Positions 1-9,044 of a DNA stretch of 64,000 bases are shown piece by piece. The DNA comes from Candidatus Saccharimonadota bacterium (GTDB lineage: Bacteria; Patescibacteriota; Saccharimonadia; Saccharimonadales; CAIOMD01): assembly GCA_031973215.1 (NCBI GenBank), contig DALYDK010000003.1:27576-91575 (forward strand), read 5' to 3'. How positions within the stretch are numbered: the first letter of the stretch is position 1; the number at the start of each line of letters is the position of its first letter. Below the pieces are notes generated by a model that made no database searches, was not told where the DNA came from, and was given only the letters and a program-made list of their open reading frames with translations. A program made the translations under genes and the position numbers.

Positions 1-132
1 TGCGAACGAAACTTCGATAATAGAATGAACCAAAACATAGGTGATGCAACCTATGAACGGCTGACCGGTTTTGAGAGGCCGAGCAATGATAACAATGAAC
101 GCAACGATAGTTCGGTATTGTCTATAGATCAT
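1..132 (-). CDS. partial CDS (5' end only) with a hydrophobic N-terminus, function unknown
   Basis: An ATG at 130-132 on the minus strand opens a stop-free frame to the window edge (MIYRQYRTIVAFIVIIARPLKTGQPFIGCITYVLVH...). It lies 35 nt downstream of, and is co-oriented with, 168-893. It is absent from the ORF track because it runs off the edge. Confidence 0.3.
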   Translation of the reverse strand, partial: MIYRQYRTIVAFIVIIARPLKTGQPFIGCITYVLVHSIIEVSFA

Positions 133-167
133 CCATTTTTTGATTTCAATGAACCAAAACAAGTAGA

Positions 168-893
168 CTAGTTTTTATTTTTAGCATTTTTTCGATATTT
201 ATTATATGTAGTCGCAAACTTGGCAATACCAAAAATTGCTAAGTAGGTAAGCGGGTTCGTAGCTATATCCGTCACGGTGTTAGGGTCAATATTAACAGCT
301 TCTGCATTTTGAATAGCGGCATTAGCTGAACCGAAAACTGCAATATCTATCGCTGCTAGAGCTAATGTCAATTTACCAATTAATTTGGCGTCTTTTTTAA
401 AAGAACTTTCATTATTTTTTAATCTCTCATTAACTACAACTGCACTAATTCCTGCACCCATTAATAAAAGCCCTTTTTCGTGTAATAAAGAGCCTTTTTC
501 TTTATTTATATTTAGTTCTTCTTGGGCGGATTGCACGGAATCTGGTACTTTGTCTAAAGCCGCAGAAGTAGCCATTCCTAATATTCCTTGCTGAGTAGCG
601 TATATTGTTCCTCCAACAATACCTGCAATCACAGGGTTACCTGTATTGTTTAGAACTGCTATGCTCGGAACTGCGGCAATGAATTCATTTAAAGGTCCCC
701 ACTCCCATACTGCTGCTGCCAATGCGCTGCCGGCAATAATTTTATCCTTCTTTGATATATTTTTAAATTCATTTCTAAACGATGTCTTAAATCTCTCTAT
801 CCTGGGGCTTACATCAAAGCTAGTAGTTATTAAGCTTGACTGTCTATAATATTCCGGCAAGAAAGGAGTATATGCTCCAAAGAGCTCATTCAT
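168..893 (-). CDS. hypothetical membrane protein
   Basis: 241-aa ORF with several Gly/Ala-rich hydrophobic segments (IIAGSALAAAVWEW, VIAGIVGGTIYA, LLLMGAGISAVVV, LTLALAAIDIAVFG). No family recognised. Confidence 0.6.
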   Translation of the reverse strand: MNELFGAYTPFLPEYYRQSSLITTSFDVSPRIERFKTSFRNEFKNISKKDKIIAGSALAAAVWEWGPLNEFIAAVPSIAVLNNTGNPVIAGIVGGTIYATQQGILGMATSAALDKVPDSVQSAQEELNINKEKGSLLHEKGLLLMGAGISAVVVNERLKNNESSFKKDAKLIGKLTLALAAIDIAVFGSANAAIQNAEAVNIDPNTVTDIATNPLTYLAIFGIAKFATTYNKYRKNAKNKN

Positions 894-1001
894 TACTAAA
901 TAATATAATAATAAAATTTTGTTGCAAGAATATAAATGACAAATAACGCGTCTATGACCAAATTGACAAGAATAAGCAAAAGTATTATAATAAAATAAAA
1001 T

Positions 1002-1940
1002 ATGACAATCAAATACGAAATAAATTCCGAAACCGGGAATTCAGAGCCTGTTGCTGATATACATTACGATTTATCTGATGCAGAAGTTCATAATCTTACT
1101 AAACAATTATTAGCTGAATATAAAACAGCCATCCCAAAAGATATGCCTTTTGTATGTTTTAACATAAGGGGCACAGATTTTTATTCAAATCTTGCCAGAA
1201 CTATTGAAGGAAGAGTTTTTACCGAGGAATTATGTGACGAACCTGATCGCATGGCTGCCGACTTTAAAGATTACGAAAATTACAGTGAGTTCTTTTTAGT
1301 AATAGATGTTAACTCTGAAATGCCAGCCGGAACTCTTAGAATTATAGAAAATAGTAATGCTGGTTTTATGACTGTTAACGAACTAATGTACCATGTTAAT
1401 CCTGGTGACGAATCCCCCCAAAACTATTCTTATGAACAATTCTATAAATCAGCCAATGAGCAGGCAAGTCAGCTTGGTAATACTATTGACGGTATAAAAG
1501 ATGAAAATACCTGGGAAGTAGGCACAATTGCCGTGCTGAAAAATTATAGAAGAAGTCGTAATTCTAGCGAAGATCAAAAAATTGCAAGCTATGTTGTTTC
1601 TGGATTGCTGTATAGGTCGCTATATGCCCAAGCCTGCGGAAGGGATATTGAGGGGTTTGTTTCAATGATTGATTCTACCGCGCTGGGGACACTAACGTCA
1701 CTAGGCATTCCTTTCGAAGATTTACCATACACAAAAAAAATCTATTTCGAAGACGGCTCTTCTTTTCATCCATGCTTTGCCGTTGTCCCTGATTTTGACG
1801 TTAGAATGCGTAGTTATGCAGATCGGGAATACAAAAATGCAGTATCTGAAAAAGAAAAAGCTGCTGCTCAGTCAAAAATTGGTTTAATCGACGAGCTATT
1901 AACTGGCAGGTTATTAGATGGTATGATGGTTAAGACATAA
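1002..1940 (+). CDS. hypothetical protein, possibly a GNAT-fold N-acyltransferase (FeeM/autoinducer-synthase-like)
   Basis: 312-aa ORF. The segment WEVGTIAVLKNYRR...GLLYRSLYAQA...GFVSMID resembles the core of GNAT-type N-acyl amino acid synthases. This similarity is by eye only. Confidence 0.5.
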   Translation: MTIKYEINSETGNSEPVADIHYDLSDAEVHNLTKQLLAEYKTAIPKDMPFVCFNIRGTDFYSNLARTIEGRVFTEELCDEPDRMAADFKDYENYSEFFLVIDVNSEMPAGTLRIIENSNAGFMTVNELMYHVNPGDESPQNYSYEQFYKSANEQASQLGNTIDGIKDENTWEVGTIAVLKNYRRSRNSSEDQKIASYVVSGLLYRSLYAQACGRDIEGFVSMIDSTALGTLTSLGIPFEDLPYTKKIYFEDGSSFHPCFAVVPDFDVRMRSYADREYKNAVSEKEKAAAQSKIGLIDELLTGRLLDGMMVKT

Positions 1941-1958
1941 CCAAAATAACCATCTATA

Positions 1959-4127
1959 GTGTTTGCTAGCATAATATTACTTCTAATCATCGCCATCGCC
2001 AACTTATCCCTTGGTTATATTATCTATTCCAGGAATAAAAACTTACTTGCTAATAAAGTTTTTTTAATAATTTCTATTACACTAACTGGCTGGATGCTTA
2101 GTAACTTTTTCTTACAGCAATCATCAGGAAACTTACGAATAGCAAACATACTTAATTCCATTGCCTATACAATGGGCTTTTTGGCAATTTATAGCGCTTT
2201 CTTGTTTTCTCAAATATATCCAAAAAAAAGTAGATTAATTCAAAATAAAAATAAAATTTATATACTTTCTTTTTTAGCAGTTATATTCTCTATATTTTCT
2301 GCAACTCATGCAATATCTGGTGAGGTCATAGCATCCAATAGTGGTATTGGATTTATAGATGGACCTTTAGAGGGAGTGTATACGGCTGTATCACTAATTT
2401 TGGTGGTATTTATTATTGCCAGGTATCTTTCTGTCGCAAAGCAGACTCATGGAGCCGAGCGGGCCCAGGTTTTTTTCATAATGGGCGGGTTGGCATTTAG
2501 TATTTTGGTGGGTCTCTTTGCAAATTTAGTACTACCATTATTTGGAATTACAGTTTCTTTTGAGTTCTATAGCCCACTTACTTCACTAATAGTAATTAGC
2601 TTCATTGCCTACGCCATTACTAGGCACGGATTGTTCGATGTAAGGCCGTTTATCGCTAGATCATTGGCCTATATTTTTTCTATTTCTGCTTTATTTGGAT
2701 TATTCATATTAACCGCAATCTTGGCTTTAAAAACATTCTTAGGAACTGAAGTGAAGCTGAACGAGGCGCTATTTTTTGCTCTACTAAGTGTTTTGCTGGC
2801 AATTGTGTATCAGCCTACAAAGAAATTTTTCGATAAAATATCTAACAACATTTTTTATCGTGACTCATATGATCCGCAAGATGTTATTAATTCTATAAAT
2901 TCAAAGCTAGTTAACACATTAGACTTGAATAAATTACTAAGTACAACTTCGCAATTAATCGAAGATAAGTTAAAAATTAGCTATTGTAGCTTTTGGCTTC
3001 ATTCGGATGCTAGTTCAGAGGTTCGCTTTATAGAATCTAGCTCCAATAAATTTACCAAAGTAGCCTGGTCTAAACTGAGTGATTTTTTAAGTCAAGAAAA
3101 TCCTGAATTAGTTCTTTACAGCGACACGACTTTGGAGAGTAAGGTAAGGCACTTCTTAAAAGAATTATCTATAGAGGCAATTATTAAAATGACTTCCACC
3201 GGAGACAGTGTCGGGTACATGGTCGTGGGGGGCAGGCGAAGCGGCAGCTCGTTTACTGCTCAAGATATTCAGTTGCTAGAAATAATTGCAGGTGAAGTTG
3301 CTATTGCTGCGCAGAATGCTTTGAGGTATGAAGAAATAAGTAAATTTGCCGAAACTTTACAGACAAAAATTAATAACGCAACCAGGGAACTGCAAAAAAG
3401 CAACGAAAAACTAAAAGCGCTAGATTCAGCAAAAGACGAATTTATTAGCATGGCTAGCCATCAGCTTAGAACGCCTTTAACCAGTGTTAAGGGTTATATA
3501 AGTATGATCTTAGAGGGCGATGCCGGTGAAATTAACGATTTGCAAAAAAAATTCTTGAACCAAGCATTTATTAGCAGCCAAAGAATGGTTTATTTAATAA
3601 GTGATCTTTTGAATGTTAGTCGTCTTAAAACCGGAAAATTTGTCATAGAAAACAGAGAAACTTACTTACCAGATACCGTCGAAGATGAGCTTCGTCAGCT
3701 AGACGAGACCGTTAAAGCCAGAGGGCTTTCAATTGAATATAAAAAGCCCAAAAAATTCCCAATAGTTATGTTAGATGAAGATAAAGTGCGACAAGTAATA
3801 ATGAATTTTGCCGATAATGCAATTTATTACACACCTGCAGGAGGAAAAATATTTATTGAACTAAAAGCAACCGATGATGTAATACAGTATACGGTTAAAG
3901 ACACCGGTATAGGAGTACCTAGGCATGAGCAACATCATTTGTTCACCAAGTTTTATAGGGCCGGAAATGCTCGTAAGGCCAGGCCTGACGGTACGGGCCT
4001 AGGGCTATTTATGGCAAAGAAAGTTATTACAGCCCAAGGCGGTTCAATATTATTTACAAGCGAAGAAGGCAAGGGCAGCACATTTGGCTTTAGTTTACCG
4101 CGCAAAAAAGTCGAAAAAACACCTTAA
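1959..4127 (+). CDS. sensor histidine kinase (multi-TM N-terminus, GAF-like domain, HisKA, HATPase_c)
   Basis: GTG start. The first ~300 aa contain many hydrophobic helices. A GAF-like segment ends ...FTAQDIQLLEIIAGEVAIAAQNALRYEE. H-box SMASHQLRTPLTSVKGY. ATP-binding boxes NFADNAIYYTP, DTGIGVP and GTGLGLFMAKK. No response regulator gene is adjacent. Confidence 0.9.
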   Translation: MFASIILLLIIAIANLSLGYIIYSRNKNLLANKVFLIISITLTGWMLSNFFLQQSSGNLRIANILNSIAYTMGFLAIYSAFLFSQIYPKKSRLIQNKNKIYILSFLAVIFSIFSATHAISGEVIASNSGIGFIDGPLEGVYTAVSLILVVFIIARYLSVAKQTHGAERAQVFFIMGGLAFSILVGLFANLVLPLFGITVSFEFYSPLTSLIVISFIAYAITRHGLFDVRPFIARSLAYIFSISALFGLFILTAILALKTFLGTEVKLNEALFFALLSVLLAIVYQPTKKFFDKISNNIFYRDSYDPQDVINSINSKLVNTLDLNKLLSTTSQLIEDKLKISYCSFWLHSDASSEVRFIESSSNKFTKVAWSKLSDFLSQENPELVLYSDTTLESKVRHFLKELSIEAIIKMTSTGDSVGYMVVGGRRSGSSFTAQDIQLLEIIAGEVAIAAQNALRYEEISKFAETLQTKINNATRELQKSNEKLKALDSAKDEFISMASHQLRTPLTSVKGYISMILEGDAGEINDLQKKFLNQAFISSQRMVYLISDLLNVSRLKTGKFVIENRETYLPDTVEDELRQLDETVKARGLSIEYKKPKKFPIVMLDEDKVRQVIMNFADNAIYYTPAGGKIFIELKATDDVIQYTVKDTGIGVPRHEQHHLFTKFYRAGNARKARPDGTGLGLFMAKKVITAQGGSILFTSEEGKGSTFGFSLPRKKVEKTP

Positions 4128-4203
4128 AAAATCAATTGCAAAATAAAGTAGTTATTATTACAATAAGTTATGTATAGGTATTAAAATTAAAAAAGGAAAA
4201 TCA

Positions 4204-4608
4204 ATGTTTGAGCTTAGTGAAGATTATTTAGCAGATATTGGCATAGCAACAATGCCAGAGCCAGCAAAATCTACTTTGGTAGATAATATAAAAAAATTAA
4301 TACAAAATAGGCTAAATATTAAATTAGCAGATGAACTAACCGACGAAAAGGTTGGAGAGCTAGAGAGAATTAGCACGTCGCTAGATGATGCAAGGTGGTG
4401 GCTTGGTGAGAACTTTCCAAAATATCAGGGTTCAGCTGAGTTTGAACAATTTAAAAAGCAAGTTACAGATGGCAATGACCCAGTGTCCTTGTTCGCTCAA
4501 AGCAAATGGTTTCAAGTAAATATTCCTAATTTTGCGGTCTTACTCCAAGAAACAATGGACGAAGTCAAGGTTGAGCTTAAGTCTGTTGGCACAGGAGTGC
4601 CAGCGTAA
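4204..4608 (+). CDS. hypothetical small acidic protein
   Basis: 134-aa ORF, 20 nt upstream of and probably co-transcribed with 4629-6860. No family recognised. Confidence 0.6.
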   Translation: MFELSEDYLADIGIATMPEPAKSTLVDNIKKLIQNRLNIKLADELTDEKVGELERISTSLDDARWWLGENFPKYQGSAEFEQFKKQVTDGNDPVSLFAQSKWFQVNIPNFAVLLQETMDEVKVELKSVGTGVPA

Positions 4609-4628
4609 TTCGCGAATAGGATAAAAAT

Positions 4629-6860
4629 ATGTCAGAAGAAAACATGCCAGAAGATATAAGGGTCCAGCATCCTGAGCAAGGCGAAGTTAGGGATCCTGCC
4701 AGAATGGAAGAGCTAGCTCAGGAGCTTGCTATTGGCCACGATCAACAGGGCGAACTACTCAGCCAACAGAGCGATCAAATAGCCAAACTACAAGAGAGAA
4801 TAAGCGAGCTAGAGGCCCAACTTCAAAGTCAAAATGACCAAGCCGAAAGTCAAGGCTCAAAAATAATCGATGAGCCAATTGAAAGGGCCGAAGATCAAGT
4901 ATCTAAAATACGCGAAGAAATAGCCAATATCGATATCCAGCTTAATGATCCGTCGGTAGACGATAATCGTAAGCAAGAACTAGATTCACGGCGCGATGAA
5001 CTAACTCAGCACTTAGAGTTCTTTCTAAGAAGACTACAGAAAAACAATAATGATGATTCCGAAAATCCAATCACAGGTCCTGGTCCAGAGGTTCCAAATG
5101 ATGAAGGCGAAGGAGAGCCTGGCGATGACGACAAAGGTCCAGAAGCAGGCGAAGGGTCTGACGATGGCAAAGGACCTGGCGAAGATGAAAAAGGACCCGA
5201 AGAAGACGATAAAGGACCCGATGATAAAGATAAGCCTAAGCTAGAAAAAGTAGAAGTCCCACCAATTGATAGTGGTGACTACCCAGAGCTATACGCAAGA
5301 ATGAAAAACCTTGTCGGCGGAGATAAAGAGAGACTATTAGAAGAAGCCGAACGTCTAAAAAATGAAATAGATGCTAATGTTAGAGCTCAAGTTATTAATT
5401 TCTTAGCAGAAAACCCAAATGCCACCGCCGAGCAAGTAGATCAACTACTTATGCAGTGCGCAGTAGAGGCTAAAAATAAACTTGCAGAAGATATTCTAGC
5501 TGCTATAGATGGCCGAGGCTACACGGATGCCGAAGGCCATGAAAAAGGCAAAAGCCGCTGGCGTCGGTTTGGTGCCTGGATGGATAAGCACGGAAGTAAG
5601 CTTAAAAAAGGTATGCTCATAGCCGGTGCCGCCGGGGCAGTAGTATTAACCGGCGGTGTTCTTGCTGGCGCCATAGTACCGGCATTTGCACTAGGAGCCG
5701 GTACCGTAGTGGGTGCTGTTAAAGGAGCCGCAGTAGGCCTTGGTATGTCAAGGCATGGCTCAAAAGAAAGTGCTTCGAAAAATGTAGATATAGCAGATTT
5801 TCGTGACATGACACCAGAGGAGCGAGCGAAATATACAGGTATTTCTGACTATTTAATGTCGGAATTTAACAAATCTGCTGACGGTGATCATAGAACAAAT
5901 GTTAGTAAATCTAGAAGAGCAGCCATAGTAGGAGCTGTTGTTGGCGGCCTATTTGGTTCCTTAAGCTTCAGCTCGCCAGACACTGTTAGCACACCACCGC
6001 AAATTGAGTATGAGCAAGTCGACCTAGAAATACCGAATTCTCCCCCAGATATTCCGAATTTTGACATAGACCAAGGACAGTTAACCGGAGATGTAATTAG
6101 GGAAACGCTTCAAAAAATGGGACTAAATGGAGATAGGTTTGTTAACCCAGACGGCTCCACTAACCTAGACTTAATAGTTGATAGATTCTTTAATGGCAAC
6201 TGGGATGCTTGGCATGATGTAAATGCACTGCCTAACGGAACGCACTCTATGGCTGGGGCCGATAATATCTCTAATGAAGGAATTAGGAAAGTAATTGAAT
6301 CGGTAGTTGCCAATCATGATTGGGGCTCCCATATTGAAACTGTTGATATTCCAAAGGTTGTACCAGGTGATGTCGCAAGTGGCCTTGAGTCAAGCTTATG
6401 GGCAAATATAACCAAAGAAATCACCGGCTTGTTATTGGCTGCTGGTATATCTAAGGAGGTTGCCGATAGAACCAAGCCGGTTCCCGGTAAGTCTCTTGAG
6501 TCTGAAGAATCATCTGCAGAGCCCGAAGAACCAGAAGCGGGTCCTGAAACCCCACCACCTGTAGACGGTGGTTCGCAGGGCGAAGGAGTTTCTGGAGAAG
6601 AAGGTGAGTCAGAACAGACTCCCAATACATACAGGTTTGGTGAATCTGTTACCGAACTAAACCCTGGTGATGTTTATGGAATTCACCGATATGTCGATGG
6701 TGTCACTCAAAATCCTAAACCCCTAAGGTTTGTTGGAATGAATGGCTCAGATTATGTATTCGATGATTTAGATCAGGGTGGGCAAATTAAATATAACCCC
6801 AACCAAATGGATGGCAGAACGGGCTGGCTACAAAGCGGTAGAGTAAGAAGGGCAATTTAA
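4629..6860 (+). CDS. large hypothetical membrane protein (coiled coil, acidic (D/E)nKGP repeats, Gly-zipper TM segments)
   Basis: 743-aa ORF. N-terminal heptad-like region (QIAKLQERISELEAQLQSQ). Low-complexity run GDDDKGPEAGEGSDDGKGPGEDEKGPEEDDKGPDDKDKP. Hydrophobic Gly-rich segments MLIAGAAGAVVLTGGVLAGAIVPAFALGAGTVVGAV and AAIVGAVVGGLFGSLSF. Second acidic tract near the C-terminus. Confidence 0.75.
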   Translation: MSEENMPEDIRVQHPEQGEVRDPARMEELAQELAIGHDQQGELLSQQSDQIAKLQERISELEAQLQSQNDQAESQGSKIIDEPIERAEDQVSKIREEIANIDIQLNDPSVDDNRKQELDSRRDELTQHLEFFLRRLQKNNNDDSENPITGPGPEVPNDEGEGEPGDDDKGPEAGEGSDDGKGPGEDEKGPEEDDKGPDDKDKPKLEKVEVPPIDSGDYPELYARMKNLVGGDKERLLEEAERLKNEIDANVRAQVINFLAENPNATAEQVDQLLMQCAVEAKNKLAEDILAAIDGRGYTDAEGHEKGKSRWRRFGAWMDKHGSKLKKGMLIAGAAGAVVLTGGVLAGAIVPAFALGAGTVVGAVKGAAVGLGMSRHGSKESASKNVDIADFRDMTPEERAKYTGISDYLMSEFNKSADGDHRTNVSKSRRAAIVGAVVGGLFGSLSFSSPDTVSTPPQIEYEQVDLEIPNSPPDIPNFDIDQGQLTGDVIRETLQKMGLNGDRFVNPDGSTNLDLIVDRFFNGNWDAWHDVNALPNGTHSMAGADNISNEGIRKVIESVVANHDWGSHIETVDIPKVVPGDVASGLESSLWANITKEITGLLLAAGISKEVADRTKPVPGKSLESEESSAEPEEPEAGPETPPPVDGGSQGEGVSGEEGESEQTPNTYRFGESVTELNPGDVYGIHRYVDGVTQNPKPLRFVGMNGSDYVFDDLDQGGQIKYNPNQMDGRTGWLQSGRVRRAI

Positions 6861-6913
6861 ATAAGTCGCTCTGTTTGCTATAATTATTAGGAACTGACCG
6901 TGATCTTAAATAT

Positions 6914-6945
6914 AAAAAACACCCCTTGTTATGGGGGTGTTTTTT
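6914..6945. terminator. bidirectional rho-independent terminator between convergent genes
   Basis: aaaaaacacccc-ttgttatg-ggggtgtttttt: a GC stem flanked by an A-run and a T-run. It sits between the stop of 4629-6860 (+) and the stop of 6976-7869 (-). Confidence 0.8.
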
Positions 6946-6975
6946 ATGCTTTTTAGGTTAAGCGGTCAGCTTTTG

Positions 6976-7869
6976 TTATTTCCTTCTTCTAAGGTAAAGT
7001 TGGTATGCAGCTGCACCTAGTCCACTGGCACCGGCAGCAGCTAAAGCTACGCCTTCTGGGCCTGTGTTTGGTAGTGCGCTTGCAAGCACAACGGTTGGCT
7101 TAGTTGGTGTTGGAGGCGTTGGAGTCTCTGAACACACACTTAAGTCTTTTGTATACTTAGCAGAATCAAACTGATCTTCGTTGATTGTTACAAGTTTTCT
7201 GGTAGCAATTTCACAAACAGTTATCTGTGGAACGACTGGTGTGCTGTCCATTTTAACCCTAACCTGTAGAGTAACATAACCACTGTATTGGAAACATCCG
7301 TTAATGTCACCCAATGATGCGCCAGTTGTAACGATAGAATCGTTTACAGCCACTGTCCCGCTATTGGTTTGCCATTTTGCAGAACCTGAAACATATTCTA
7401 AATTGAAGGCTTTATCGCCGTAAACACTCATTGTGTCATTTATTGTTCCTGGGTTAGCGTTATCGGCAGTTATGAATGCAACCATGTTGCTATCTGCTTG
7501 TTTAGCAGTAGGAACAAGCACTCTAACTCTTACATTTTTTGCTAAAGCTGCTGCTTCACCAATAATATTAGGGTCTGCATTGTTATGAACATAAGCTCTT
7601 AAAACAATGACATCGCCATCTTTTACTTTCATTCTATCCTGAACATTGGCACCGCCAATGCTGCCAGCAAAGAATGGTCTTTCGTCGCCTACAACAGGGT
7701 TGTTTACAAACGAGTTAAATACGACATGGTCTGCACCATGACAAATGTTGCCGTTACAAGTATATGTTGGCCTGTCGGCTGGGTAGTAGCCTGCAAAAGC
7801 TACTGAGCTTATTAGTCCAACAATACTAACTATTGCAACAAAACTTGCGAAGAATTTTGTTAACTTCAT
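6976..7869 (-). CDS. LPXTG-anchored cell-surface protein (sortase substrate)
   Basis: N-terminal signal peptide (MKLTKFFASFVAIVSIVGLISSVAFA). C-terminal sorting signal LPNTG, then the hydrophobic stretch PEGVALAAAGASGLGAAAYQLYL, then RRRK. Pro/Thr linker TPTPPTPTKPT. SD-like GAGAGGAA upstream. Confidence 0.85.
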   Translation of the reverse strand: MKLTKFFASFVAIVSIVGLISSVAFAGYYPADRPTYTCNGNICHGADHVVFNSFVNNPVVGDERPFFAGSIGGANVQDRMKVKDGDVIVLRAYVHNNADPNIIGEAAALAKNVRVRVLVPTAKQADSNMVAFITADNANPGTINDTMSVYGDKAFNLEYVSGSAKWQTNSGTVAVNDSIVTTGASLGDINGCFQYSGYVTLQVRVKMDSTPVVPQITVCEIATRKLVTINEDQFDSAKYTKDLSVCSETPTPPTPTKPTVVLASALPNTGPEGVALAAAGASGLGAAAYQLYLRRRK

Positions 7870-7978
7870 GTTAGTTCCTCTCTGGCATGCTTAAAAAAGC
7901 AGGCCAAAAAATTAAATTACTATAATTTATTTAAAATTTATGATGCTTAATATGTTTTAGTGGTTTTTTGATTTTTGC

Positions 7979-7995
7979 AATTTAGACAGATATTG
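7979..7995. repeat. left inverted repeat bounding the high-GC islet
   Basis: AATTTAGACAGATATTG. The reverse complement of 9028-9044 is AATTTAGACAGTTATTG (16/17 identical). The repeat lies exactly at the AT-rich to GC-rich transition. Confidence 0.6.
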
Positions 7996-8019
7996 AGCTT
8001 TAGAAAAAACTTGGGTTGT

Positions 8020-8059
8020 CCTGGCCCTTTTGGCGTTTTTACGCGCCAAAAGGGCCAGG
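8020..8059 (-). terminator. perfect 16-bp GC-rich hairpin downstream of the high-GC CDS
   Basis: cctggcccttttggcg-tttttacg-cgccaaaagggccagg. On the minus strand a T6 run follows about 10 nt later. A second long-range inverted repeat (ccgggcttctg ... cagaaagcccgg) lies at about 8072-8134. Confidence 0.55.
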
Positions 8060-8153
8060 GTTAGGGTCGCCCCGGGCTTCTGAGTAAAAAGAAACATACC
8101 TGATTGGTATGAACTAATTTACCCAGAAAGCCCGGAGACAACCGGACGGTTAA

Positions 8154-8858
8154 CTATGCTGCACACCACGCACCCGGCGTACCGGGTGGAACCGGCAAGC
8201 CGGTCTGCGGGTCGTAGCACTCGCTGGGACCACCACCCCCAGGCCCAGGCGTGGGCTGAGGGTTGGGGCCAGGAGCGTCACTTGGCGGGGGCGGCGTGGT
8301 GCTGCCGTCCTTCGCACAGGTGTTGGTCACAGGGTCAAAAATCGACCCAGGCGGGCAAGGAATCACTGGTGGCGGTGGGTTGACTCCCGGAGGAGCAACA
8401 CATGTCACCTTGGCTTTGGCCTTGACCTTTGCTACCTTCATCTTGATCTTGGTCTTGACCTTTGACCAGGCCCGTCCAACTGCGACGGTCTTGGCATAGG
8501 CTTTAACCTTGACCACATTCACGAGCTTAGCCCTTGAACTGGCCGTGCCCCCTTGCCAGGGTGCCGGGCAGAACCCGAAAGCCTTGGCAACCAACTTGAC
8601 TTTCACCTTTCCCTTGCACTTGGCGCTGGGGTCGACCGGCCGTGTTTGCGGCTGATCAAACTTGTCACCTTCTGCAAAGCAGTCTTCCATCTTCTTCGAC
8701 AACGAGGCCGACTTGAAGACGAGGGAGACTGGGGGGGTGACGGTGACGGTCTGGGCCGGCTCGGAAGATGGCACAGAGGCGGCGGCCGGGGATGCGAAGC
8801 CCAGGCCACTGGCGATGACGGCCGAAGCGGTCATCGCCACAAAAATTGACTTCTTCAT
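8154..8858 (-). CDS. secreted Lys/Val-, Cys- and Pro-rich protein encoded in foreign-looking high-GC DNA
   Basis: The track ORF is 8154-8990. I prefer the internal ATG at 8858, which is preceded by AAGGAGGG 5 nt upstream. Signal peptide MKKSIFVAMTASAVIASGLGFASPAAA. KVKVKLVAKAF...KVKTKIKMKVAKVKAKAKV repeats. Pro-rich, Cys-containing C-terminus. Local GC is 72% (8161-8220) and 53% (8461-8520), against about 33% at 10001-10060. Confidence 0.7.
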   Translation of the reverse strand: MKKSIFVAMTASAVIASGLGFASPAAASVPSSEPAQTVTVTPPVSLVFKSASLSKKMEDCFAEGDKFDQPQTRPVDPSAKCKGKVKVKLVAKAFGFCPAPWQGGTASSRAKLVNVVKVKAYAKTVAVGRAWSKVKTKIKMKVAKVKAKAKVTCVAPPGVNPPPPVIPCPPGSIFDPVTNTCAKDGSTTPPPPSDAPGPNPQPTPGPGGGGPSECYDPQTGLPVPPGTPGAWCAA

Positions 8859-9027
8859 GATGCCCTCCTTAGGGGGCTGCGACTCCGGACTGTCCGGAGC
8901 GGCCGCTTTGCCCCCATGCAGGGCGCGACATTCTGCTGACAAAGTTTTGTTGCCAGCAAAAGGTCGCGCCCTAAATATTAGGGTAATCATAAAAAAGAAT
9001 AGTTAACCGTTTTTGGGCTTAAAAACC

Positions 9028-9044
9028 CAATAACTGTCTAAATT
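9028..9044. repeat. right inverted repeat bounding the high-GC islet
   Basis: CAATAACTGTCTAAATT, the reverse complement partner of 7979-7995 (16/17). Confidence 0.6.

Noticed and set aside
5110-5230. Short tandem DNA repeats that might suggest a CRISPR or VNTR array
   Set aside because: They are degenerate, in-frame and code for the (D/E)nKGP low-complexity tract of the 743-aa protein. There is no repeat-spacer structure and there are no cas genes.
8156-9006. Several long plus-strand and alternative-frame ORFs (8156-8383, 8263-8499, 8553-8849, 8603-8809, 8662-9006)
   Set aside because: High GC suppresses stop codons in all frames. Only the minus-strand frame has an SD, a signal peptide and a terminator, so the others are treated as compositional artefacts.
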